In this document: one piece after another, positions 30,278 through 43,892 of the stretch | Layout: each line of letters opens with the position of its first letter | Numbering within the stretch: the first letter of the stretch is position 1 | Assembly: GCA_964016885.1 (NCBI GenBank) | Contig: OZ024742.1 | Span: 177,258,001-177,322,000 of the forward strand | Length of the DNA stretch: 64,000 nucleotides | Origin: Eledone cirrhosa | Lineage: Eukaryota | Reading direction: 5' to 3' | The notes under the pieces: model-generated | The model's input: the letters and a program-made list of their open reading frames with translations, nothing else | Databases searched by the model: none | What the model was told of the DNA's origin: nothing | Translations under genes and position numbers: made by a program

Positions 30278-30642
30278 GGATGTTACAATTGGATCTATAC
30301 ACGTATAGCAGAACATTGAAGTGAAATAACTTGCGCGCACGCGCGTGTGTGTGTGTGTATGTGTGTAGCGTTGGTTAACCCAATATTTCCAATCTACATC
30401 GTCAAATTGAGCTCTTCACATGGACGTGTATATGCCCAGACTTCCCCCCCCCCCCCCCCAATTTTTTGGACGATTCGGATGTGTATATACCATTTACCAT
30501 AACACACACTTGAAGATATGGATGTTACAATTGGATCTATACATGTACAGCAGAACACTGAACTGAACTTACTTGCGCGCACGCGTGTGTCTGTGTGTAT
30601 GTGTGTGTAGCGTTGGTTAACCTAATATTTCCGATTTACATC
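30277..30642 (+). repeat. Direct duplication of ~125 bp (30277-30400 and 30518-30642)
   Basis: atggatgttacaattggatctatac...acttgcgcgcacgc...gtagcgttggttaacc occurs twice. Confidence 0.8.
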
Positions 30643-30689
30643 TATTGCTTTGCTAACTAACTTTTCGGTGATTGCTGTGTTGGTACATT

Positions 30690-31200
30690 CTTATATGTGC
30701 TTTTTCTCGGATATCGCCTCGGTGTGTGTTGGAGTGTGTGTGTACCCACCCACGCTAATTCTGCGGGTTTAATACTGTGTTGATGTGTGTATATATATGT
30801 ATTTAATTTTATAATTCTTTGACCTCGAGCCGATGTATGCGGGTGTGGAGTGTGTGTGTACCCACTCACTGCTAACTGTTACTGACTGTATCCCTACGGT
30901 TTTGTTTTGATATCCAGCGTCTTTTGCAGCGGTAGAAGTCTGAAAACTTTTATGACCTCAACTAAAGCTAATAGCAGTCGCCTTATCTCTGACTGACTGG
31001 TGTGTCTCCATAGGAGGGAAGGAATTATGTGAGGAAACATCGTTATTTTTTTTTCTCCCTCATATCAAGAATTTGAAGACAATTCCTTTTCACCTGATGA
31101 TATCAGTGATAATCGATCGTGGCTTAAAAATCGATCTATCTCTTATTGAAACATGTGTCGTGATTAAATGATTGGAACTTTACCTTGGCTTCGGATTTTC

Positions 31201-31205
<5 letters not shown>
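30690..31205 (+). mobile_element. PLE 3' terminal fragment (family of 41731-42467) with hammerhead at 31090-31163
   Basis: TCAC-CTGATGA...GAAAC-ATGT-GTC-GTGA (4-bp stem I). Homologous to the reverse complement of 41731-42100. Confidence 0.75.
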
Positions 31206-31245
<40 letters not shown>

Positions 31246-31266
31246 CATACACACAAATATACGCTT

Positions 31267-31387
<121 letters not shown>

Positions 31388-31389
31388 TC

Positions 31390-31454
<65 letters not shown>

Positions 31455-31467
31455 ATATCTATATACA

Positions 31468-31545
<78 letters not shown>

Positions 31546-31674
31546 TATAGATATATATGTATATATATATATACACACACATGCACACATATACACATAT
31601 ATAAGGAAAAAGCACCATACATACATATATATATATACACACATACATATATATATATATATACACACACATAC

Positions 31675-31720
<46 letters not shown>

Positions 31721-31725
<5 letters not shown>

Positions 31726-31918
31726 AACCAGTAAGACCCCGACAGCTGAGCTCAAGCCGTTTCGACGGCTAATTCTGGACTAGTCCAGAATTAGCCGTCG
31801 AAACGGCTTGAGCTCAGCTGTCGGGGTCTTACTGGTTCCTATTACCCACTCTACTACCTCAAGTATTGAGTACTTTGGTGCGTTATGGTCCCCCTGGTTC
31901 CTTACCACATTTCCTTCG

Positions 31919-31922
<4 letters not shown>
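31721..31922 (+). mobile_element. Hairpin element family A: perfect 122-bp palindrome + 80-bp unique tail, in (TA)n
   Basis: Centre is ggACTAGTcc at 31779-31784 with perfectly complementary arms. Flanked by (TA)n on both sides. Confidence 0.92.
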
Positions 31923-31973
<51 letters not shown>

Positions 31974-32132
31974 CACATATATACACATACCCATACATAT
32001 ACATATACATATACACACATATATACACATATATACATATATATATGTATATATATATATATATATATATACACATAAATATATACATATATATAAAAAT
32101 ATACACACATATATACATACATACACACACAC

Positions 32133-32174
<42 letters not shown>

Positions 32175-32582
32175 ATATACATTTGTGTGTGTGTGTGTGT
32201 ATGTGTGTATGCGCGTGTGTGTATATATATATGTATATATATATACATATATATATATGTATATATGTGTGTATATATGCGTTATATGTCTGTATATATA
32301 TGTGTATATTTATGTATAGGTCTGTGTATGTATGTGTATGTTTGTATATATATGGATATATATATGTATATATATATATATATATATATAAATATTTATA
32401 CATATGCATGTGTATGTGTGTGTGTGTGTGTGTGTATGTATATGTGTATATATATATATGTATATATATGTGTATATATATATATGTGTATATATATATA
32501 CGTATGTATATGCATACGTGTATATATGTGTATATATATGTTTATATATATGTATGTGTATATGTATGTTTGTATGTCTGTT

Positions 32583-32649
<67 letters not shown>

Positions 32650-32796
32650 GTGTGTGTGTATGTATGTATATATGTGTGTATATTTTTATATATATGTATA
32701 TATTTATGTGTATATATATATATATATATACATATATATATGTATATATGTGTATATATATGTGTATATGTATATGTATATGTATGGGTGTGTGTA

Positions 32797-32861
<65 letters not shown>

Positions 32862-32903
32862 TATGTATGGTGCTTTTTCCTTATATATGTGTATATGTGT
32901 GTA

Positions 32904-32950
<47 letters not shown>

Positions 32951-33179
32951 ATGTATGTGTGTGTTTGTATGTGTATATATTTGTTTATGTGTATATATAT
33001 ATATATATATGTATGTGTATATATGTATATATGTATATGGTTATATATATGAATGTATATATATATATATGTATATGTATATATATGTGTGTGTGTGTGT
33101 GTTTGTGTGTATGTGTGTGTATATGTATATACGTGTCTGTATGTGGTTTTTTATATATATGTATATGTGTGTGTATGTA

Positions 33180-33226
<47 letters not shown>

Positions 33227-33269
33227 ATACGTATGTGTGTGTATATATATGTGTATGTATGTATGTGTG

Positions 33270-33340
<71 letters not shown>

Positions 33341-33507
33341 ATATGTGTCTGTGTATATGTATGTATATATGTCTATATGTATTTGTGTGGAAATGTATAC
33401 ACATGTATATTTGTGTTTGTATGTATGTGTGTGAGTGTATTTATATGTGTATATATGTGTGTGTGTGTGTATGTATGTGTATGTGTGTGTGTATGTGTAT
33501 ATATATA

Positions 33508-33584
<77 letters not shown>

Positions 33585-34177
33585 GTATGTGTGTATGTAT
33601 ATGTATGCATATGAATATATTTTTATATATGTGTGTGTGTTTTTATGTGTGTGTATGTGTGTTTGTGTGTGTGTTTATGGTTGCGCGTGAGTGTGTGAGT
33701 GAGTATGTTTTTTTGTTTTTTTGTGAATGTGTCTGTTGATTTTTGGCATATAGTTGATTAGTTTAAGAGAAGTTCGAAGATAATAGTAAGATATGCACTC
33801 AGTATTTTGAATCTGTCTGCAGAATTCTCTAGACCTTTGTCACTTAGCAGAACCTTAATGATTTTAGCTTTTAAAGAATCTCCCTTTTCTTTAATTCTAT
33901 CGACCATGACTGACCCCCCACTGATTTTATAGACATCTGTTAGCTTAAGAGAAACTTAATGACAAGGAATGGTATGCCATCCGGAACCTGTTTATAGAAT
34001 TCTGTCTGCCCTTGTTACTCTAAAAACATAAATAAATAAAAATAAACTATAGCTTTGTAGAATTAGCTTTTAATGAATTCCCTTTTCTATCAACCAATGA
34101 CCTGCACCCATCCCACTCCCCACCCTCTCCTACCACTTGTAGAGACCTATAAATACCATTTTTATTTTTTGATACCC

Positions 34178-34228
34178 AGATTCCTGATGATTTCTAATGA
34201 ATGAAACTGTTCTAGTCCCGTAGAATCT
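34178..34228 (+). ncRNA. Type I hammerhead ribozyme at the end of a decayed PLE 3' fragment (~33740-34245)
   Basis: AGATTC-CTGATGA-T-TTC-TAAT-GAA-T-GAAAC...GTA-GAATCT (6-bp stem I). Confidence 0.65.
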
Positions 34229-34244
34229 CATCTATATTAAAACT

Positions 34245-34276
<32 letters not shown>

Positions 34277-34310
34277 TATATATATGTATATATATATATA
34301 TACACATATA

Positions 34311-34376
<66 letters not shown>

Positions 34377-34451
34377 CATATATATATATATATATACATG
34401 TATACACATACATACATACATATACACATATATACATATATATACATATAA

Positions 34452-34514
<63 letters not shown>

Positions 34515-34564
34515 AACATACACAAACATGCCTAAATGCAGGTACATGTGAACGCACGTACACA

Positions 34565-34647
<83 letters not shown>

Positions 34648-34650
34648 ATA

Positions 34651-34699
<49 letters not shown>

Positions 34700-34701
<2 letters not shown>

Positions 34702-35266
34702 ATACTTTGGGAGGGTCATGTTGCCAATAAGAAACACACGCACCAGTTGCTTTCACTTCAATTTAATTTAATATATATTTATAAATTTACAAATTTATAA
34801 ATTTCTGGTTGGTTGGTTGGTTCCACAACCAGATAGTTGTTTATATATATATATAGTCATAGTTCTTTCGTCACACACTCTGTGACCTCTTCAGTGACTG
34901 GGGATTTCTTTCTTCGTTTCTGTGCCTTTCCTTTCTTCTATCCTACGCCATTTTCTGGCGTAGGATAGAAGAAAGGAAAGGCACAGAAACGAAGAAAGAA
35001 ATCCCCAGTCACTGAAGAGGTCACAGAGTGTGTGACGAAAGAACTATGACTATATATATATATAAACAACTATCTGGTTGTGGAACCAACCAACCAACCA
35101 GAAATTTATAAATTTGTAAATTTATAAATATATATTAAATTAAATTGAAGTGAAAGCAACTGGTGCGTGTGTTTCTTATTGGCAACATGACCCTCCCAAA
35201 GTATAAGAATATCGGTTTCAACACACGATTTCAGATAAAGAATCTTGCTAAACAAATTCAGAAACG

Positions 35267-35268
<2 letters not shown>
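34700..35268 (+). mobile_element. ~507-bp near-perfect palindrome of two inverted PLE pLTRs; right arm runs into an ORF start (MTLPKYKNIGFNTRFQIKNLAK)
   Basis: Centre is cctacgcca-ttttc-tggcgtagg (loop 34951-34955). Arms of ~250 bp differ by about one indel. Homologous to 17620-17870. Confidence 0.92.
35007..35051 (+). ncRNA. Type I hammerhead ribozyme (mirror copy on the - strand at ~34855-34899)
   Basis: AGTCA-CTGAAGA-G-GTCAC-AGAGTGT-GTGAC-GAAAG-AA-CTA-TGACT. Confidence 0.8.
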
Positions 35269-35314
<46 letters not shown>

Positions 35315-35879
35315 CGATATATGTTTATATGTATATATATATATATAGGAAAACGTATGACCTCGACGGCAGAGCTCAAGCCGTTTCGATGGCTATTTCT
35401 GGACTAAATTAGAATGTTTGCCTGGTGAATAAGTAGCCGAACTTGTCAAGGGGGTACTTCCTTATATGGGAAGATTGTAGTTGTCAGGAGGATTGGTTAA
35501 AATGTGTTGTAAACACAAATATGTCTATCATGTCTTTTGGTGGGAGATAGAGGTGGCTGAACTTACCTGCAGAACAATAGGGGTGTGAGTGGAGTCGGTC
35601 AAGCGTTGAAAATGAATGTATACAGCAGATTCTAAGGATAGTGTATGAAATGGAGGAGGGGGTTATAGAATAGGTAATTCAAACGAGAGTAGGAGACAAT
35701 AAAAGATAATAGAAAGAAAGAAAAAATAAATAAAGAAAATAAAATTAAAAAAAGATAGTGAGAAATGTATTAAAAAAAACCATAATGCTATCTTACAATT
35801 ACAGGTTAATAAGTTGAGAATAGAAAAAAGTTGTTGAAATGGAGTAGTATCAAAACTGATACAAAATTAAAGGGGTCTA

Positions 35880-37127
35880 ACACATCTGCTATAAGTAGTT
35901 AGTAAAACGTATTCGGCCATCTTAAAATCACAGCGGTGGTGGAACTGATGCTACAGAGGCCCGATGGGCTGTATCGGGGTAGGCGAAAAGGGAAATGCAG
36001 GCGAGGAAGAAAATAGGGGGTGGAAGGAAGTGAGAGGATGAGACAGGGGGTAGAAGAAGACAGAGGAAAATAAAAGAGATACATCTACCTATGTAAGCTG
36101 GGGTTTCCCCAAACTTATTCGACAAGTGTGGGTGGAGGGTATCAGCCCTTGTCTACCCTTGTCCTCCCGTGTAAGAGTTAGCTCTGGACAGTAAGCTCCA
36201 AGTGTGGTTGTAGGTTATATTATTATCTTGGAGGTCCCAGATGTGGCCCGAAAGTGTAGTGGCATGTCGCCGGACCGAGTTTTGGAAAGTATGTCGGTGT
36301 TGGTAAAGCCGGGTCTTGAAGTGACACGCCCTTAATCCTATATAAGCTTTGTTAGAGATGTCCATCCTCACGTTGTACTGGTAGATCACGTTACGTTTCG
36401 GCATTTGTTGTTGAGGGGGCACGTAGATCTATCAGGGCAGTTACACCTCCTGGTCGGCTCTCCACTGAGGTCCAGGTTGTTTCTTCCATAGGGGTTGAGT
36501 TTATTGTTGTTTGAGGAGACGATGTTTTGTGCGAAGATAGGTGTGGTGCTGTAGGAGAGTTTGATGGTGTTTGTGTTGATTATGTTGTGGTAGCGGTGTT
36601 GTAGTGGGAAGTGTTTTTCAAGGAGCCTAAAGAAGATTTTCCCGATAGGTATTGCCACCTCGGCATTATGGGGAGGGTTGAACGACGTTACGTTGCGTGA
36701 GCGGCGGTGTCGCCTGCTGGTTCCGCTAAGGGAAGCTGGATAATAGGATATTTCCTCTCGGAAGCCACTCCGCTTGAGATCCTGGTTGTAATGAGGCGCA
36801 TGTTCGTCGAATATCTGCTCATTAGCAGACAAACGATATATGTGGAGGGAGATGTTTTTAACCAGGTTATTGGTAATGTTTCTAGGATGGTTAGAGCAGC
36901 GGTGGATGTAGTGCAGTTTGTTGTTTGGTTTCCGGTATGAGTAGTACAGATCATTTTCGAGGTTAAGTGTAACGTCCAGGAAATTGACTCGGGTTAGGGA
37001 CGTTTGTAGGCTGATTTTAAATTCCCAGTCCCGGAAGAAGTTGATTAGATGTTTACGGACCCGGTCTGTACTACTATAGCTTTGATTATTGAGTAACTTA
37101 TATGCCGGCTCTGTAAAACATCTCATG
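35880..37127 (-). mobile_element. Penelope-like element, 5'-truncated: RT thumb + GIY-YIG
   Basis: VNFLDVTLNL, YRKPN..YIHRCSNHP, FNPP, CNCPDRSTCPLNNKC, NVIYQ...YIGL...FKTRLYQH. Confidence 0.9.
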
Positions 37128-37298
37128 TATTTATATTAAGCTATTTTTCTTACTGATAATAAGGTAGTAATAAATTACTGACCTTTCATGTTTATAGTTG
37201 TATATAGTGTATTCGTATCTATAAATATTATTATATATATATAAACATTTGTATGTGCACACACAAACACTATTACACGCACACACACACAAACACAG

Positions 37299-37362
<64 letters not shown>

Positions 37363-37437
37363 ATATATATATACAAACACCTATATGCATACATATATAC
37401 ATATGTGTGTGTTGGTGTGTATGAGGGTATATACGTC

Positions 37438-37478
<41 letters not shown>

Positions 37479-37481
<3 letters not shown>

Positions 37482-39268
37482 CGCGGTACTACTGATATGA
37501 CCTTCTCAACTAGACACATCGAGGAGAAGTGCATGGAATAAGGTTTGGATTTGTATCAGGTTTTTGTAGATCTGACAAAAACTTTGGATACTATTAACAG
37601 AAATGTATTATGGAAGGTTCTCCAGAAACTTGGTTGCCCTGATAAGATCCTTGCTTTAGTTAGGTCTTTCCATGACGGCATGAAGGCTTGGGCTAATGTC
37701 GGAGGTAACATGTCGGAGCCTATCTGAGTAAAAAATGGAGTGAAACAGGGGGATATTCCAGCAGCGACCCTGTTTGCCATATACTTTGCAATGGTTTTCT
37801 GTATTGCATTCAAGAATTGCGAGCTTGGTGTTTGCATCCGATATCGAACCTCGGGCACCATATTTAACATCAGGCGCTTTGCTGCAAAGACAAAAGTATT
37901 TACATCAATCATAAGAGACCTCCTGTATGCAGATGATTGCGGTCTTGTAGCGCACACAGAGAGTGATATGCAGCACATTTTGAATGCATTTTCTGATGCT
38001 GGCACTGCCCTAGGATTGACTGTCAGTCTGAAGAAAACCGTCGTCATGTACCAACCTGCCCTTAATAAGCAGTACAGTGAACCAAATATCTATGTGTATT
38101 GTAAACGACTTGGAGTGGTTGATCAGTTTGTCTACCTGGGAAGCAATGTCAGTCGATACAGCAACCTTGATAGTGAAATCCCACTCAGGTCTAGGAAAGC
38201 AAGTGATGCTTTCGGAAAGCTAGAAAGGCGACACTGGGGTCGGCGAGACATATGCAACGAGACAAAGGTAAAGGTGTACAAGACCTGTGTGCCCTCTTCT
38301 CATTTTTATGCCTGCGAGACCTGGGTCAAATATCGACACCACCTTAAGCAATTGGAGCTTTTCCATCAGATGTGTCTCAGACGGATCCATGGCGTTCACT
38401 GGAGGGACCACATCAGTGATGTCGAGATTTTGGAAAGATCTTCTGCTTAAGCAACGACTCCGTTGGAGTGGTCACCTTGCCAGGATGAAGGATTCTAGAA
38501 TACCAAAACAACTCTTTTATGGAGAGTTAGTTAAAGGAAAACGACCGCCATATAAACCAAAAAAGAGGTATAAGGATTCCTTGAAAGCCTCTTTGAAAGA
38601 CGCTAACATCTCTGCTGATACATTGGAAAATGTTGCTGCTGATCGTAATAAATGGAGAAATACTGTATATGAGCGAAAAGTTGCCTTTGAGGCATCAGGA
38701 ATAGCATACGAGAAAGTAAAGCGGTATGTGAGGAAGGGCATTGCTATTGCAATTCCAGACGGCGAAGGTCGTTCTATGTTGCTGACATGCAGCGTATGTG
38801 CGAGACTCTACTTAGGCAAAGCTGGACTCGAAAGTCATCTTCGCAGTCATAAGGTAAGACCAGTGGTTGACTACCAGGCTGCTGTTGGAGATGCTAAGCA
38901 TCATGCTTGCCAAACATGTGGTAAAAGAATGTAAATCAGCAGGAGGGCTCAAACGACATGCAAAAGTACATGAACTCCAACCACAGCCGGCTATTCCTAG
39001 TGAATGTTTTCGTTGCCGACTCTGTGCAAGACATTTTAGATCATTGACCGGGCTAAAAAGCCACATTCGATCGCAGTGCTGTTAGTTGCTATCGTGTGTG
39101 TGTGTATAGATATGTTTATGTGTGTGCGTGTGTGTGTATATATATGTATATTATTATTGTTGTTGTTGTCGTTATTATTATTGTTGTTATTATTATTATT
39201 ATTGTTATTATTATATTGTTTCTTTTCTCGTGCAATGGCCATACTCGATAACGAGAGGGCAGCCATCA
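37479..39268 (+). mobile_element. RTE(BovB-like) LINE, 5'-truncated, RT + three C-terminal C2H2 zinc fingers + 3' stem-loop
   Basis: FVDLTK..D, GVKQG, LLYADD, YACETW, RLRWSGHLARM..RIPKQLFYGEL. Fingers CSVCAR...HLRSH, CQTCGK...HAKVH, CRLCAR...HIRS. 3' end atggccatactcgataacgagagggcagccat. Confidence 0.92.
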
Positions 39269-40628
39269 CATATATATATAGATCTATATATATATATATA
39301 TACACCTCGGTTATTTTTCATTTGGTAAAAAAAATTTCACTTTCTAATATATATATATATATATATACACACAGACGTATATACACTCATACACACCAAC
39401 ACACGCATATGTATGTATATATATGATTGTATGTATATATTTTGCATGTATGTACTTATTTATGTATGCATGTACTTACATACCAAATTTACATCGTTGG
39501 TCGTTGAATATAATATATGTAAACACCATTGTTTACATCTCTGCTACTAAAACACGCCCTGGAACATTCTAAAAGTTAATATAATTTATAAATTGTTCCA
39601 AATCTGCCGAGAAAACTTTCATAATCTCCCAAAGAAAAATTGTTATGTGTTTACGAGATATCTTGTTTACTGAAAAGTACAAATGATCGATATGGATATA
39701 AAATTAAACTAATCATCTCCCTTATTGGATATTGAGTGGTGCTTCAGTTGTTAATGGGATTAATAACATTCCATACAAATGTTGACAAGTAGGCCATCTT
39801 GGGCTTTCCTTTTGACTAATCAAAATGAAGCCAATTTAACAAATATAATCGTTGCCATTGCCACGTATTTTGACGGACATGAAATGATCGGCGTTTATTC
39901 ATGTATGTCTTACTGATTGATTTTTTTTTACTTTTTGTTGTCTTTTTTTGCTGTTATTCTGTTTGGTGCCAATGATTAACTCTTTTGATTGAGTAGATTT
40001 CGGTTGTTAACATCTCTCACGACAAATACAATTTTCAAATTATTACCTGTGATATGATCGTAAGATTTGATGGTAAGTCGTTAAAGCACATATGCTTGGG
40101 AAGACTGAAATGCACCTTTTACGCATATCAAAAATTAAGTAACTTTGTTAAGCAGCACGTAATCTAATACGACGTCAATGATAGGCCAACAGCTTGACCG
40201 TCACAGTTTCCTGGCCAAATGACCATTCAGTATACAGTTGAAGAACAACCTCAAGCCTGGGGAGAGATATCAATATATCAACTCTTCTGTGAATGACGGA
40301 GGAGAGATGCCTGTGGCCGTTAGTGACTGCCCCGAGTATTGAATGTCACTCCAATGCAACTGCTAATGGAACATGATGAAGGAAATTTCTAATTTCTCGG
40401 AATTTGAATGTCTCGTAGGTTCAGTTACTAAATACAGGCTCTCATATTGGTTCATCTATATATTGTTTCGTTGTGGTGTCATAGCATTGCGCATATGGAA
40501 GCGATTAGAAGGAAGTGTACTCATTATTGTATCATAACCCAATCTGTGTAGTGTATATATGTCAATAATTTTACCACTAGCAGTGTATATATATTTGTAT
40601 ATAAATATATACATTTATAAATGCATGT

Positions 40629-40699
<71 letters not shown>

Positions 40700-40822
40700 A
40701 AATATATGTGTGTGTGTCTGTGTGTGTGTTTCTGTGTGTGTGTGTGTGTGTGTGAGTGTGTGTGTGTTTGTGTATGTATTTATGTAATAAATATGTATGT
40801 GTATGTATATATATATAAATAT

Positions 40823-40859
<37 letters not shown>

Positions 40860-40877
40860 TAATATATGTGTGTGTGT

Positions 40878-40913
<36 letters not shown>

Positions 40914-41730
40914 GTGTGTGTGCGTGCGTGCGTGTGTGCGTGTGTGTGTTGTATTTACCTATTAGGAATGGTGCATATAAATATCTCGTTAATACGTAAA
41001 CATTAACAATGGCACAATACAGACAATGCATCATGCTGTTCCTGCTGGAAGGAACTGAGGAATGATTATGAAAAGATTAGAAGTGTAGAGAAAATACAAG
41101 AACATAACGCATAAATAATTAAAGAAAAAAGTTCATAAATTTATTTGTAAAGAGAGATATATGTGCAAGTTTGTGACTCATATAACACGTTACAAAACAA
41201 AATTGCTATTTCCAATCTTATCTGTAAACGCAATTGGAAATCTCCATATATTTCTGTGTAAACAAACATATTGAACAAACTGGTAACAACTTGTAATATT
41301 CTGTATATTTTTTTCAAGAAACGTCGTTTCAAAAGGCTGTTCTTTTTCTTCTTTTCTCTATTTTCTGTCTTTTCTGTATAAATAACGAATACCAAATATA
41401 GGATTGACGACCAAATAACTTTGGAAGACTTTCGTAAAAGAAATTCATCTAAATATTAAAATAAGAAAAGTCTAAGACCTTTGATGTGCACTTTGGAAAA
41501 GATTTTGTTTGAAAGATGAATAATTCTTGTCGAACGTTCTCATAGAAGAAATATACGTGAAATTATAAACGTACATATTATATAAATATACACAGGGTAC
41601 ACATAGGCATATGATTCTTACAAGAAGACATGTACCATATACAAACATACTGGCATACCTACATAAATATATACATACATATGCCATATGCATATGTATA
41701 TTTATATATATATATATAAATATATATCAT

Positions 41731-42467
41731 AATAAAGATCCGAAGGCATGGTATACATTTCCAATCATGTTAATCACGACACATGTTTCAATAAGAGATA
41801 GATCGATCGTGTAGCCATGATCGATTATCATTGATCTCGTCAGGTGAAAATGAATTGCTTTAAATCCTTGATATAAGGGAGAAAAGTAACGGTGTTCACT
41901 CACAGAGTTTAGTCCCTCATATGAAGATCAAGAAATCAAAACACAGCGACTGCTATCGTCTTCAGTTAGGGTCATAAAACTATCAAGTCTCTATCTCCCA
42001 ATACCTGTAAAAGACGCTGGACATCAATCAAATCTGTAGAATTACAGTCAGTCACAGTTAATGTGAGTGGGTAGACACACACTCACACACACACACACGA
42101 CGCGAGGTCAAAGAAAAATATATATATACATATACCAACATAGCATCAAATCTGTAGAACTAAAGACGGTCACAGTTAGTGTGTGTGAGTACACACAGAC
42201 TCACACACACCGACATGAGGTCAAAGAAAAAATATAAATATACCAACACACTGTGTTTTGACTGCTTGATCATCATATGAGGGACTAAACTCTGTGAATG
42301 AACACCGTTAATTTTCTCCCTCATATCAGGGATTTGAAGACAATTCATTTTCATGTGACGAGGTCAGTGATAATCGATCATGGCTATACGATCGACCTAT
42401 CTCTTTATGAAACATGTGTCGGGATTAAAATGATTGGAAATTTATACCATGTCTTCGGATCTTTATT
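41731..42467 (-). mobile_element. PLE terminal fragment with an inverted ~218-bp second arm (41731-41948 / 42250-42467); hammerhead at 41774-41847 (-)
   Basis: Arms are complementary, e.g. cacagagtttagtccctcatatga / tcatatgagggactaaactctgtg. Minus strand reads TCAC-CTGACGA...GAAACATGTGTC-GTGA. Confidence 0.85.
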
Positions 42468-42606
42468 TTGATACAAATACTCCGTTTTATATCATCAAGC
42501 TGTTACCATAAATGGAATTGTAGATATATAATTGCGTGGAGAACTTAATATTGGTAACAAAAATTTATTGGGCCGTTTGACACAACCAATAATACACCTT
42601 GCTATA

Positions 42607-42678
<72 letters not shown>

Positions 42679-42751
42679 ATTTGAAGACTAAAATCCAATG
42701 ACGACTCGATAAGGATAAATATATATCAAATATATAAGAACCGTAGAGCAA

Positions 42752-43290
42752 ATATTTATTAAAATAACAGATTAAAGTTTCAGCAAAGAATCGCTGCTTT
42801 CTCTCTTAACGGGATCTTCTGAAACTAACAAAGTCAATCTGTGAACGCAGAAGTGAATATTTCAAAAAACGTTGCAACCGGAGGAAGACAGGAAGACGAT
42901 ACTTTGGTTCGTGGAAACGTTCGCTGGCAAATAACGGGAAAAAACGAATATAATACGTCATTATTTGGAGCGGTGAAACTTGGTTTTGGCTTTGCGTGGT
43001 TTTGTCTTTTCACCGCTCCAAATAATTGTTTCTACGTTAGGCACAAAGCCAGGAATTATCCAGTGCATTACTGGTAATAATGACGTATTATATTCGTTGT
43101 TTCCCGTTCTTTGCCAGGGAACGTTTCCACGAACCAAAGTATCGTCTTCCTGTCCTCCTCCTGTTGCAACGTTTCTTTGAAATATTCACTTCTGCGTTCA
43201 CAGATTGAATTTGTTAGTTTCAGAAGATCCCGTTAAGGGTGAAAGCAGCGATTCTTTGCTTAATCTTTAATCTGTTATTTTAATAAATAT
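42752..43290. repeat. Inverted repeat with ~213-bp arms and a nested 18-bp inner IR; variant hammerhead (CAGAAGA core) in both arms
   Basis: Arms 42752-42965 / 43078-43290. Inner IR attatttggagcggtgaa / ttcaccgctccaaataat. Motif CAGAAGA-TCCC-GTTAA-GGGT-GAAAGCA...TGCT. Confidence 0.85.
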
Positions 43291-43498
43291 ATATATATAT
43301 GTATTTTCAATACCCGAATTACTTGATCGTTTTTTTGGGGGCTATGCGAATGATTATTTAACCATCGTCTCAGTGTGTTTGGCCTTTAACGTTTGTTATA
43401 GCTCTGGTTCATCTGAATCATTGAGCACTTGCCGCACATCTCGGAGGTTGTTTTCCGTTATTTCCTGGGCCGAAATGCGAATCTCGATAATTTATGTT

Positions 43499-43549
<51 letters not shown>

Positions 43550-43558
43550 GTTATTCCG

Positions 43559-43594
<36 letters not shown>

Positions 43595-43823
43595 TAATAA
43601 TAATAATAATAATAATAGTAATAGTAATGATACTATTTATAGTTATGTATATACTATAAACAACTAGAATCAGGAAAGGTCAGTAATTTATTACTACCTT
43701 ATTAACAGTAAGAGAAATAGCTCAATATAAGATCATCAGGTGTTTTACAGAGCAGGATTATAAACGAGAGTTTGGAAGAAACGATTGTCACCAATTAAAT
43801 GATTTGAACATGACTTTGCTAAT

Positions 43824-43892
<69 letters not shown>

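Noticed and set aside
35895-35985. Hammerhead at the 3' end of the minus-strand PLE
   Set aside because: Only a stem (gcccatc/gatggcc) remains, and both core boxes are mutated (ccgatac, gaata).
37395-39412. ~50-bp inverted repeat flanking the RTE as TIRs of a composite transposon
   Set aside because: The arms are low-complexity TG/CA sequence lying outside the RTE ends. More likely the RTE inserted into the (TA)n centre of an older microsatellite palindrome.
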